Shown: positions 1 to 12,800 of the stretch, piece after piece
Layout: every line of letters begins with the position of its first letter
How positions within the stretch are numbered: the first letter of the stretch is position 1
Assembly (NCBI RefSeq): GCF_035084215.1
Contig: NC_090357.1
Span: forward strand, 1,798,001-1,862,000
DNA length: 64,000 nucleotides
Direction of reading: 5' to 3'
DNA from: Heptranchias perlo
Lineage: Eukaryota
Translations under genes and position numbers: made by a program
The notes under the pieces: model-generated
The model's input: only the letters and a program-made list of their open reading frames with translations
Told to the model about the DNA's origin: nothing
Databases searched by the model: none

Positions 1-689
1 AGACAATGACGATGGGATATTCAACCATGGGTAGCATCACAGCCCAGCCTGATCCTGTTCCCATCCAGTATCTATAAACACGCATTTCCAGAAAAAGACA
101 CTGGATGGTGATCAGAAGTCGGAAGCCTAGCTGATATCCCACCCCCCACAAACCACGGACACCAAAGCCAACTGTAGCACCCTCATCCTCGACCCAACCC
201 TGGGTGGAGCCTTCACTCATTGAGTGATGTCCCTCTCTTTTATTTTTCTCACCTCCTTTCTGTCTCCCTTGTGTCACATGCTGTATCCTGGCGGGAAGAT
301 CAGGCAGACTGGAGGCTTGGTACAGGTTCTGCTAATGGCTTTCAACATACTAGAAGAACACTCTGCACCATTAAATGGACCAGAACTCACTGCCATCCAG
401 CTTTCAGACAGTGAAACTGCTCAGTTCACACATTTCCTGTGCCATTTCCTGTGTGATGTAATCAGGTTCACACTGTCTGCAACCAGTCCTGTCTGAGGTC
501 CTACATTACATTAAAACCATCACATATTTTACAAAATCAGGTGTTACACAGTATGAAGCATAAAAACAAAAGATTATCCAGGAACACAAAAGGGCCATTT
601 GGCCCAACAAGCCTATCCCCTTTTGATAGGTCACTTCCACCTACCCACCATATCCCTTGTGTTTCTGAGAGATAAAGTGCAGTATAAAT

Positions 690-2128
690 ATAAGAACATA
701 AGAACATAAGGAATAGGAGCAGGAGTAGGCCAATCGGCCCCTCGAGCCTGCTCCGCCATTCAATAAGATCATGGCTGATCTGATCCTAACCTCAAATCTA
801 AAGAACACAAGAAGTAGGAGCAGGACCCGGCCACTCAGCCCCTGGGCCCGCTCCGCCACCCACAGGGCCTTGACCCATCCGAACTCAGCTTCATGTCCAA
901 TTTTCTGCCCGCTCCCCGTAACCCCTAATTCCCTTTACTTCTAGGAAACTGTCTATTTCTGTTTTAAATTTATTTAATGATGTAGCTTCCACAGCTTCCT
1001 GGGGCAGCAAATTCCACAGACCTACTACCCTCTGAGTGAAGAAGTTTCTCCTCATCTCAGTTTTGAAAGAGCCGCCCCTTATTCTAAGATTATGCCCCCT
1101 AGTTCTAGTTTCACCCATCCTTGGGAACATCCTTACCGCATCCACCCGATCAAGCCCCTTCACAATCTTATATGTTTCAATAAGATCGCCTCTCATTCTT
1201 CTGAACTCCAATGAGTAGAGTCCCAATCTACTCAACCTCTCCTCATATGTCCACCCCCTCATCCCCGGGATTAGCCAAGTGAACCTTCTTTGTACTGCCT
1301 CGAGAGCAAGTATGTCTTTTCTTAAGTATGGACACCAAAACTGTATGCAGTATTCCAGGTGCGGTCTCACCAATACCTTATATAACTGCAGCAATACCTC
1401 CCTGTTTTTATATTTTATCCCCCGAGCAATAAAAGCCAACATTCCGTTGGCCTTCTTGATCACCTGCTGCACCTGCATACTATCTTTTTGATTTTCTTGC
1501 ACTGGGACCCCCAGATCCCTTTGTACTGCAGTACTTTCCAGTTTCTCGCCATTAAGATAATAACTTGCTCTCTGATTTTTTCCTGCCAAAGTGCATAACC
1601 TCACATTTTCCAATATTGTATTGCATCTACCAAATCTCCGCCCACTCACCCAGCCTGTCTATATCCCCTTGTAGGTTTTTTATGTCCTCCTCACTCTCTA
1701 CTTTCCCTCCCATCTTTGTATCATCTGCAAACTTTGATATGTTACACTCGGTCCCCTCCTCCAAATCGTTAATATAGATTATAAAGAGTTGGGGACCCAG
1801 CACCGACCCCTGCGGAACACTACTGGCTACTGGTTGCCAGTCCGAGAATGAACCATTTATCCAAACTCTCTGCTTCCTGTTAGATAACCAATCCTTCACC
1901 CATGCCAGAATATTATCCCCAATCCAGTGATTCTTTATCTTGAGCAATAATCTTTTGTGTGGCACCTTGTCGAATGCCTTCTGGAAGTCTAAATGCACTA
2001 CGTCCACTGGTTTCCCTTTATCCACCCTGTACGTTATGTCCTCAAAGAACTCAAGCAAATTTGTCAGACATGACTTCCCCTTCATAAAGCCATGCTGACT
2101 TTGTCCTATTAAATTATGTTTATCTAAA
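690..2128 (-). mobile_element. CR1 LINE, 5'-truncated (RT C-terminal part, 3' UTR and (ATAAGAAC)n tail)
   Basis: ORFs 891-1649 and 1627-2085 contain [24 protein letters not shown]; one premature stop. Confidence 0.93.
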
Positions 2129-2832
2129 TAATTATACTTTTTAATTATGTCTACTAATACTTTCTATGTAAATGTCAGTTTCCAAGCAACTTTCCTGCTT
2201 GAGTTTATGAGCTGAACAGAGATTGCATTGTGTTGCATTTCTGGTGCATGGCTGGGATCACATTCGTTGTGGTTTCTTATCTCTCATCAGTAGAAGAGGT
2301 GAATGCAAATCCTTTCCATTAGAGCCTGGGTTTAATGTTCTCATCTTCAACTGCTAGCTTTGGGCATTAGCTGATTGACCCTTGGGGGTTTCCATAAGAC
2401 TTTTTCCATCCTCATCTGTTTTGCAAGATCTTCAGCCAAGTGGATATGAAAATGTTTTATACCAATTCTGTGGATTATCTAAGACAATGCTGTCTAATAT
2501 GTTCGGCACTCGCCACATGTGGCTAATTGAATTTCTGAATTAGTAAATAAAAATGAGTAAGAGACACTGTTGGGCGTGTGATCTCTATACTCATATTCAC
2601 ACAATGTAGGGCAGGCTCGATGCACTAACAGGTCTTTTCCTGTCTTTTTTTGTATGTTTGTATGACATTTTTAAAACTAACACGCCTTGGTACAGGTGAA
2701 GAGTGAGTCAACCAAAGTCTTTCGATGCACCTGACAGTTTGCCTAATTTCCCAAAGGCCCTTGTAACTAACTTGTCCAGTTGTGGTGGTTGATACGATGT
2801 ACTAATGAGGTAAAAACTTGTTCAGAATAATA

Positions 2833-2838
2833 TTTATT
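2833..2838 (-). terminator. Candidate IFT46 polyadenylation signal AATAAA
   Basis: tttatt on + strand about 115 nt past the stop codon. Confidence 0.55.
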
Positions 2839-2951
2839 AGAAAAAGTTATACAATAAATAGAAAAATAAAACAACTTCAATGTGTTTTTAGAATGAAAGG
2901 AAGGTTATGAAGCTTCCATCAGAGAGAGAGTTATTTGCCAAATGCTGCTGC

Positions 2952-3044
2952 TCAGTCGAATGTTACCGTGTCCACTTCTGCACTCTGGGACGGAGGCTCA
3001 TCACGGCTGCTCACCTGGTTCCCTTCTGCCAGAGCTTTGAAATG
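2952..3044 (-). CDS. IFT46: IFT46 last coding exon (HFKALAEGNQ...DTVTFD*)
   Basis: ttgcag acceptor, TGA stop, C-terminus resembles vertebrate IFT46. Confidence 0.9.
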   Translation of the reverse strand, partial: HFKALAEGNQVSSRDEPPSQSAEVDTVTFD

Positions 3045-3834
3045 CTGCAAACAGAAGATGAGAACAGTTGGATGGAGACTGCAAGCGCTTGTAACAGGCA
3101 AACACCTGTCCCTGACCACTGCGGCCTTCAGGGGTAAAGTGCATGTCAGAAAAAGTTGAATTTTTAATCCAAAGTGAGTATATGTCACTCCCAATGAGAG
3201 CCATTTGTCATGTTGGAACAAAGGGCTGCTGAGCAGTGAGTGTTAAGGGAGTGTCAGGAGTGAGATTCGGGGTCAGAACGAGTGAGACAGATGACTGTAA
3301 CCTTGTTGAACCACAGAGCTGTGCTTATTTTTCAGAAAGAGAGGGGTGGCTAATTAGATTACAGTTCAAAGGGATGAGTCTCACTGGGCACTAGTAACTT
3401 TACATGTAGTCATTTAAGCACTGAGGACTTACAGACCAATTCAGGAAAAAAGACTTGCATTTATATAGTGTCTTTCATGACCTCAGGATGTCCCAAAGCG
3501 CTTTACAGCCAATGAAGTACTTTTGAATTGTAGTCACTGTTGTAATGTAGGAAATGCGGCAGCCAATTTGCACACAGCAAGATCCCATTAACAGCAATGT
3601 GAAAATAACCAGATCATCTGTTTTAGATGTTGGTTGAGAGATAAATATTGGCCAGGACACTGGGGAGAACCCACTCTTCTTCGAATAGTGTTATGGGATC
3701 TTTTACATCCACCTGAGAGGGCAGACGGGGCCTCGGTTAATGTCCCATCCGAAAGACGGCACCTCTGACAGTGCAGCACTCCCTCAGCACTGCACTGGAA
3801 TGTCAGCCTGGATTTGGTGCTCAAGTGAATCCAC

Positions 3835-3877
<43 letters not shown>

Positions 3878-6800
3878 GCTGATACCTTCATTCAGTGCAA
3901 TATAGTCTTCTTCAGAGGAGATGAGAACGACAGATGGATAAAGAGAGAAACAGGAAGAATGGTGGGAGTAAGAGGGCCATTTACAAAACTGCCTCTTTCG
4001 TAGGGTGGGGGCGGGGGAGGAGGGAAACGAAGGGAGGGTGGCATTCTTGGCATCACTCTGCCAGGCCTGTACTAGAGCCCGTGGGGTAAAGCAAGAGGAA
4101 ATCGAATAAAGACAAACAGTAAGGCTCATTATTTTCAGTCCTTACCCTGGCATCTCTTACCTGTGAGTTTTTGAACTCAGAGTAGAGGGTGAAAAGCACG
4201 TGCAGGGAATGGATGCGGTCCTTGTACACAGGGATATCTAGGATTGCTGCAGAGGGAGGAGAGAAAATAATAATTTTAAAACAAATACTTACAGAGCCTT
4301 AGTGTCAACAGCCTGGGCTGCAGCCAATCTAATGGGACATTTCCAGAGAGCCTGAGCTAACGATGACATGAAGAATCTCTATAAATTAACTGTGACGGCT
4401 ACGCCTGCTATTTAGCTGTGACCTTGCTGAGGTACAGTTCAATAGGGACTGTCAGCCCTCTAGTAACTCCCCTAACTGGCTGTTCTTCATGTGAGTTGCA
4501 GCAGGCTATTCATCCATGGGGGGAAGCATCATCACCACGCCTGATCCTGAGCAATATCTACACATGCACACGTGCTTTCTACTTGGGGCAATTGGACAGT
4601 GATCAGAAGCAGGTTCCCTGCCGGGCTGTTCCCCACCCTTGCCTGGAGCCTGTGAGGCTAATTGTAACACCCCTACTGTTCCGGCTGAGGAGATGGGCGG
4701 ACTGAAAGAAGCAGAGTTGAATACAGATCAATGACAGTTCCGGCACAGAACCCAGCACTTCATCTCCTCAGTCTGGATTTTCTCCCAGTGCAAGAGGTTG
4801 ATGGGACAGAGTTCCAACGCACAGTGTGGCGCCCATTCTGTATCTGTACAGGTTGTGTGAAGTTACCCAATATACTTTCAACTTCCCTCCTGCCAATCAC
4901 TTAACGCTAACAGCTTGTGCTTACCACAGATCATGTCAATGTACTGGGGCAGGTCGCAGTTGACTTCTGCTGTGGGCAGGCTCACCTAGGTTGAAAGGAG
5001 TTACCTCATTTAGCCACTGAGAGAAATATTTCACACTTGCAATACCAACAAGATGTAAAAGTTTACAGCCCTGATCAGACTCACTCACCTTTCCCAAAAG
5101 CTCCTCGAACTCTGGTGGCCACTCTTGCATGAGAGTGTCGATATCAGGCATTGGCCTATTGGGGGGAGAAGGGAGAACAGAATACATCAACTCACAGCTA
5201 CAAGACGAGGGTTTATTCCCCCTCTTCTCCTGAAGGCACTGAGTCTTGCTGGGATACAGTTCCAGAGGCACTGTCCACCACCTGAAGCAGTCACCATGCT
5301 TCATATGCAAGCCTAGCTTGTGAAAGTTAACGGGTTATTTGATTAAGCCCAATCCTGTCCTTACTCAATGTCCACACATGCTCAGTCACTGGGCAGGGAT
5401 TAAGAGGGGGATCCCTGGCTCATTTTCCCCTCCCTAATTCAGAGTGTTGAAGCCAACTGGAGCAGCCTACTGCTTAGGCTGAAATCAACAGACCTCAGCA
5501 CTGCGTGTGGGGAGGGTCAAAACAATTGGGGAACCTTCTGGTCAGTGCACACACTGAGCTATCAGAGGAACTCCTTCTGTAAACTTTCAAAACAGCAGGC
5601 AGCACAGAGTGATGGGTTAAGACACCACAGCCGTGCTGCAATGCTGCACAGCATGACAGAATGTCCCTGTCCCTCCCCGCCACCTCAACTGAGGGGTAAC
5701 TACACAGGATCAGGTAGTATCCGCTACCAGAGGGGTAAATACACAGGATCAGGTAGTATCCGCTACCAGAGGGATAAATACACAGGATCAGGTAGTATCC
5801 GCTACCAGAGGGGTAAATACACAGGATCAGGTATGTCCGTTACCAGAGTGGTAAATACACAGGATCAGGTAGTGTCCACTACCTGAGGGGTAACTACACA
5901 GGATCAGGTAGTATCCGCTACCAGAGGGGTAAATACACAGGATCAGGTAGTGTCCGCTACCAGAGGGGTAAATACACAGGATCAGGCTGTTGTTTGGATC
6001 CTGAATACTTGATGCATTGAACCCAACAGAAGGGACAGAAAGTGATGTGTTTGGGTGAGGAGAGGAAGAGATGTGACTCACTTGGTGTAGTGGACATTGG
6101 CAGGTGGTTTGGACCGGTGCAGCTCGCTGATGCTGTCCATCCAGTTATCAAGAGCTTTTGGATTCTTCTCTGCGTTCTCCAGGCTTTTCACCTTCAATTG
6201 CTGCTGGGAAAGAAAGGAATGGTAACTGGACCTTAAAGGCACCTTAAAGCCACATGCAGGTGCGACACTGGAACTTTGATCCAAACACTGCTATACCCAT
6301 AGCACCGTGGACCAGTAACAGGACTTTTATTGATTTCCTCCCTACCTCTCAGAGTCCCTGACTTATATCTCTAATTTAAAATTCTCATCCTTGCTTTCAA
6401 ATCCCTCCATGGCTCCTCCCTCCCTATCTCTGTAACCTCCTCCATCCCTACAACCCTCCGAGAACTCTGCGTTCCTACAATTCTTGCCTCTTGTGCATCC
6501 CTGATTTCCTCCGTTCCACTATTGGCGGCCGTGCCTTCGCTGTCTAGGCCCTAAGCTCTGGAATTCCCTCCCTAAACCTCTCCACCTCTCTCTCCTCCTT
6601 TAAGACCTCCTTAAAACCTCTTTGACCAAGCTTTGGTCATCTGTCCTAATATCTCCTGATGTGGCTTGGTGGCAAATTTTGACTGATAATCGCTCCCGAG
6701 ATGCGCCTTGGGACGTTTTACTTCATTAAAGGTGCTGTATAAATGCAAGTAGTTGTTATTGTACTGGGATATCGTTTGACCTCTCATACATCACCCAAAT

Positions 6801-9800
6801 GACCACATGCAAGTCTGAACAGTGATGTTGGCAGTCAATTCAATCACAGGCTGTATCTCAATTCAGTCTTTTCCTGTCCTCACCTGACGCGTACACATAC
6901 TTCCCAATGGAGGCACTGGAGAAGGAATCCTGGCTGATTTTTCCCGGCTTTGCCCAACCTGCCAGGTTGTTCCCGTGAATCCCATGACAAGGGAATGTGT
7001 TAATAAGAATAATTAAATTTAGCTGCATTTAAATTGCACATATGGTATCAAACACTGTCGCTGGTTCATGATATTTATTGAACCGGATGCACGACCAAAC
7101 AACAAGAGCAGCACAAGCTGCAGTGCCATCACTGGGCAGATTCAGTGCACTGGCACCAATGCATTAAAGGAAATATCACTTAAAACATACACTTTTTGCG
7201 TGATGCTCTGAATTAATCCTCTCAAATTGCTCCCACCCCTAGTGAGATACCTGTAATCACCAGCACTTAATCCTACAGCTCAAAGCACTCTCTCTAGACA
7301 CAAGTCTGGAAGGACAAAATCTAGAAATATGCTGCTGGCTATTTTTCATAGTTCAAGCAGACACACTGTAGAAATTTCATCCAATCTCCATTACACTTTA
7401 CTGAATACCCAGCGAGAACACTCAGCTGGTTTTGGCGGTTGGGTTAATCAATGGTGTTACAGCAGAGGCTGTGTCGCCTCTATTAATGTACTGCCTGTCT
7501 CCTTACCGTGATGCTGTGCTGCTTCGAATTCTCAGTCAGCCACAGTGACAGTACAGTTGGGTCAGACTGTTTCGCACAAGGTTCATCCAACGGGATCAGG
7601 CCCAGGTTGTCAGGCTTCCCATCGGGGCGAGGTACCTGCAGGTCACATGGGAAATAACACAACCATTCAGGGGAAATCATAGCGAAAATCTTCACATAAC
7701 TATCTGAATCAATCGCCCAATGGTGGGCTGGTAGGACTGGAGTCAGTAAACAGTTTAATCCTTAACGCGCCACACGAGTTGACCTGCTCAGCTGCGACCA
7801 GGCTCAGTGGGCTGTTGATCAGCTGACTCACTTGTCAGCAGCCATTCCTGGTTTGATGCATTTCTATGATGTGTGGAACAGGCGAAAATCAATAGAGAGC
7901 GTTTTAAGAGGAAAAAAATGGTTAGAATAGAATAAATGACCAAAAAATTCAAGTTAAAACTAAACTAGGAAAACAAGAATGGAGAAGGGGGGAAACTATG
8001 TATGGTAATAAAATAATTTCCTTCTGTACCTTCAAAAAAGCGTCGATATCACCCACTGAAGGAATGAAGTCAGGAATGAATGGCTTCAGTTTGTGATCCA
8101 GCTCGATGGATTGTGGAGTGTACCTGTCACACACAAGCACAAGCATGCTCAAACTTACAACCACGTCTCAACTCTTGTTTAATAACATAGATGGTGAGAC
8201 TCCCTTTCCCTACCTTGGGTCTCCATGAGCTATTGCTAACTGCAGGGTGCTGGGAGGGGAGAAAGGAGCCCAGAGTGACTCCCCCTCTTTGTGGGGAACT
8301 GCCTGTCCTCCACTTTACACTGGCAGTATATGGGTAAAATCACACCTTTCAACGGGCTGCTGAGAGGTGCACAAGAGTGTCCCAAGATGACTCGCCCACT
8401 GATCACCATCCCCTCTCCATGGAAAAAACCTGCCCTCTGCTCAGTGCTGCCCATAGTAATGTGGCTCAGAGCAGCAACTCGCTGTGTGGGGAAATCATCT
8501 GAGCAAACTCGGGTGCTACTATTTAAATATGTAACTAAGTATTTATAGTAATTTGGTGTGTACAATACTGCATGGATTGATACAATCAATTCTAATAATC
8601 AGTTTTTCACATACGAACAGGCTGCACAGGTACACAGCAAGTTAGGAGCATGCTGCACAGGTACACAGCAAGTTGGGAGCATGCTGCACAGGTACACTGC
8701 AAGTTGGGAGCATGCTGCACAGGTACACAGCAAGTTGGGAGCATGCTGCACAGGTACACAGCAAGTTGGGAGCATGCTGCACAGGTACACTGCAAGTTGG
8801 GAGCATGCTGCACAGGTACACTGCAAGTTAGGAACAAGTTGCACAGGTACACTGCAAGTTAGGAACAAGTTGCACAGGTACACTGCAAGTCAGCCTGCAG
8901 TTATTAATATAAGATTGCCAACTTGTTCTGGCAGTGGAAATCCATTTTTCCATGAATCTCAGGAACTGTCACTGGATTCACCAGTTCCACTTCTGCCTGG
9001 CACCTGTTGGAGAACAGTGGCTGGTGGAAGTGTAAATTGGGGGAGATTGTCACTGAGAGACTGGTATAGAACCACTCTCTCAAAACCGTCGCTGGAATAT
9101 AAAAGCACACAGAGACACAGGTATCCAAATGAAATAAATGATTGGCTGGCTGTTACCGTGTGATATACTGGAAAAGCTCCTTTATCTCAGTGGAAGTGGG
9201 AAGATGCTCATAATCTGCAGGGTCATATGCACTGAAAGGGAGAGAACATTCCAGATTATAGACAGTGACTCAGTTTTCTGATCCTATCAGTAATACTAGC
9301 CAGTAAATAGTATCACAGTAAATGGCATCACAATGAAACCATTAAACAGTGGGGAGAGAGTCTGCCAAAAAGAACATTACTCAGGGACCAGAGGAAATAA
9401 GTCTTTCCCTAAGCACCTTATCAAAACCCTTTAAATGTTAAAAACCTCAATTAAATCCCCTCTTAGTCTTCTCTGCTTTAGTGAAAATAGTCCCTGTTTC
9501 TCAAGTCTCATCCTGTGATTACAGTTTCTCATCCCTGGCATAAATAAACTGCCTGTTGGTTTGTAGCCGAGCCTCAGCCTGATCGTGTGTATTCGATCCA
9601 TCCACTGCAGCATGTTATACAGCGGACGCACAGTGGCAAAGCTTCTCTGTTCAGCCCCTGGGTCTTGCTCCAGTTGCCCTAGACATTGTGCAGGTTAAGG
9701 CACGCAGTGGATAAGAGGTCTGCTAACAGCAAGGTCAGTGACAATGAACCCAAGGAGATTATTTAGCGTAAAAAACAAAAGGCGTAGAAGCCAGTTATTT

Positions 9801-12800
9801 TAAACAGGTTAACACCGGTGCTAAAATAACACTGATCAGAAAACCTAGCAAATGTGTCGGCAACATGGTGAATAGCAGATAGTCTTCTCTGCATTTCGAG
9901 TGAAATTGTAAATGGGCTCAAAAAGAACAGGCTCACTGGAAATACCGACTGCAGAAAATCACTGGCTGTTTATAGTCTCACTGACCCGGAAAATCAGCTC
10001 CAAAAACGTGTCACCTGGAGCTTTGCAGCGAAGCCATACTCATCTCCAGAGTCACTAATCGAGTACAGTCCCCACTGCACATAGCGGGCGCTTTCGTGCT
10101 AATGTGATTTGCCCACTATACGTGGTGCACGGTAAAACATTAATAGGTTACAGCAAAGAGATAACTCCCGTAATTGTTAACAGTGCGAACAGCTGATTGA
10201 AGCTGACACCGTCTGAAATCAACGGCGCTTTTAAAAAGTCGGTAAGTACTGAACTGCACGAAATAGTCGGCACGCTTAATACGTTATAAACAGCACCTTT
10301 GTAACTGACGCCTTTGGTAATAGAAAACGGTTAGCACCATTTGCCCAATATAGGCGGCTGCCCGTGATAAGTGTGGATGGGGTAAGTGGTGGGGACTGCA
10401 CTACAATACTGCAATTCAGTCACTCCTCAGACTCTTAACTGATGCTTCCTGCAGCTTCAGACATTCAGTCCAAAAAGGCTGACAGCTCTGGCTACTTTTA
10501 TCTGTGCCCATTATAAAATGGAGATGTTAATGCCCTTTTAAGTTACAATGTCCATAAACTCCAACTGGTCTAAAACGCAGCCGACCACAAACCATCCCGC
10601 ACTAAGCCCTCCTCACCCTGTCCCCACTGACCCACACTGGCTCCCTCTCCCCCAACGCATCCAATTTAAAATCCTCGTCCTTATCTTCAAATCCCTCAAA
10701 GGCTGCACACCTCCATAACTCTGTAATCTCTTCCACCTTTAGGCCCCTCCCACACCCTTCAGTCCTCCGACTCTGGCCTCCTGTGTATCCTTCCCCCTTT
10801 GCCCCAGCATTCGGGACAGAGCTTTCAGTCAACCTCTGGAACTGCCTCCCTAAACCGTTCCACCTCGCTCTCCTCCTCTGAACACCTTATCACAACCCAT
10901 CTTTTTCACCTAGCCTTCAGTCGCCTCGCCTAACCCTCTCCCATATCTCGACATCCATTGCTATTAATATTTCTCTGTAAAGTGCCTTGAGACATGTTGT
11001 ATGTTAAATGCAAAAAGTTGTTGTTGAGTGTCCAGACCTCAATATCTTGGGGCGGGAGAATGAGACCATCCAGACTGTACTAGTTCAGAGATTAGAGGCA
11101 GGCCAGTCCTCCCAGGATATAATGCACCACCTCCAGCTTTCACTGCACACTTGTAGTTTTCAGTTCTCACCCCTCCTCTGGAGGCACCAGCTCTTACTGG
11201 GGTATGTTTCCACGGACACCAGCTGCTATCAGTACCTCTCACAAGTACCCCTTTGGCACGTGTAAACCTCGACAGTGAATGTCGGCAGGGTATTTGGCCA
11301 TAGGAGGCATCCCATCCTTACCCGATGTCCATGCCCATGCATTTTCCAGCAAGAGCCACTGGACCGTGATCAAGACTGTGAACCCTGGCTAATGTTTTCC
11401 CCTTCCCCAGCCCAGGGGCGCCGCAGCCAACTGTAGCGACCCAACTGTTGCCCCAGTTGAGATCAGCACGGACCAGGGGTTTTACCTGGAGTACTCTGGT
11501 CCGTACGGCTCAATAACACATCACGTGGTGCACTTATCCATTGAGCCACCAGGGAGAGCTCTTGGGCTTTCATTTCCATTCATTGTCTGACTCACCCTTC
11601 TGGTGGCGCTCCATGCTCCTCATCATCTTCATCAGATTCTGTCTCATCCGAATCTTCATCTTCCTCCTCATCCTCGTTCTCCACAAACCCTTGCTGCATG
11701 GGCTTTGATCCTTTCTTTTTCTCCTGTTGAATAAATACAAAGACTGCCCAGCTCTAAGGAGAAATAACTTCAGCCGATCATGTTTCTTGCTCGTTGTTCC
11801 TAAGGACTCTCGTCCCTAAGTCTCTCACTTTTATACTTCCTCTGTGAGCAGAACCTTGGTTCATTTTCCCTCCCCTAGAGGTGATCCTGGGAGTTCTGTA
11901 GGAGTGGCTGCCTCTGCTACCTTGCCCATTGACCATGATTGACAGTGAGAGCCTAGGCAGTGAGTGTCTCGGCTGAGCCTGATCCTGTTCACACACATGC
12001 ACAAGAGTCCATGGACAGTGATCAGGAGCAGGAACCTTGGCTGATTGCCCTCTTCTCTAATCTTAGCCCAATTGGAGCACCTCAACTGAGATCAGCTAAC
12101 TCAGCGCAGACCTAGCCTGGGGCCAGCCCTTCTGGCTCAGTTCTGGACTGGGCAATCCATTTTCCCACTGAGTTATCTAGGGACCTGCATGAACACTGCA
12201 GGCAGTCCTCTGTGATCAGCTAACAGGAGTACATATTCACAGGAGAATGAGGTACAATGTCAACATCTACTTCCCTGAAAAGAACACAAGAAACTCGAAT
12301 TGAGACAGGGCATTCAGCCTGTAGAGCTCACCCTTTGTATTCTGTACAGGTACAGGTCTTGCCTGGTGCTGAGGCCCAGCACAGAGTCTCTTCCTCTGCA
12401 GTGGAACACTATTTTCTTAACTATTTTCTAGTGCCTTCTTCAGTCAGCCTTTGGTACTGTACCTAAGTGATCATTTTAAGGTGTGAGCTGAGATTGTGAA
12501 TGTCAGCGGGAGGCATTACAGCCAAGTTCAATCATTTCCTCACTCGATGTCTACACACATGCAGCATTTTCCAGCAAAAGTGACTGAATCGTGACCAGGA
12601 GCGAGAATCCTGGCTGACTGCCCCTTCTCTCTAACTCAGAGCCAAGGACAATTTTACCATCCCTACCATAACCACAGCTTAGACCAGTTAACTCAGTACG
12701 AGGACTGAACCCAGGAGCTTGATGGACTGCATGGCTCAGCTCAAGGTCTTAAATCAGCTGAGCTGCTCGGTGAAGTCCACAATCAGCCATTTTTAATGAT

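Noticed and set aside
2270-2292. Other CTGANGA...GAAA hammerhead-like strings (here on the minus strand; also near 26920 and 53833)
   Set aside because: No stem II or flanking stem I pairing.
3820-3882. tRNA-like sequences at SINE heads
   Set aside because: They have A/B boxes but no complete cloverleaf and run directly into SINE bodies.
7759-7766. TCCTTAAC U12 branch-like motif on the + strand
   Set aside because: Antisense to IFT46, with no matching U12 donor or + strand exon.
5691-8890. CRISPR-like appearance of the 39-bp and 31-bp arrays (also the 34-bp array)
   Set aside because: Units are contiguous with no unique spacers, there are no cas genes, and the context is vertebrate intron.
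9004-9091. Possible cryptic IFT46 exon with a good acceptor at 9092
   Set aside because: It needs a 65-nt upstream intron and a weak gtgcca donor, shifts the frame and has no recognisable homology.
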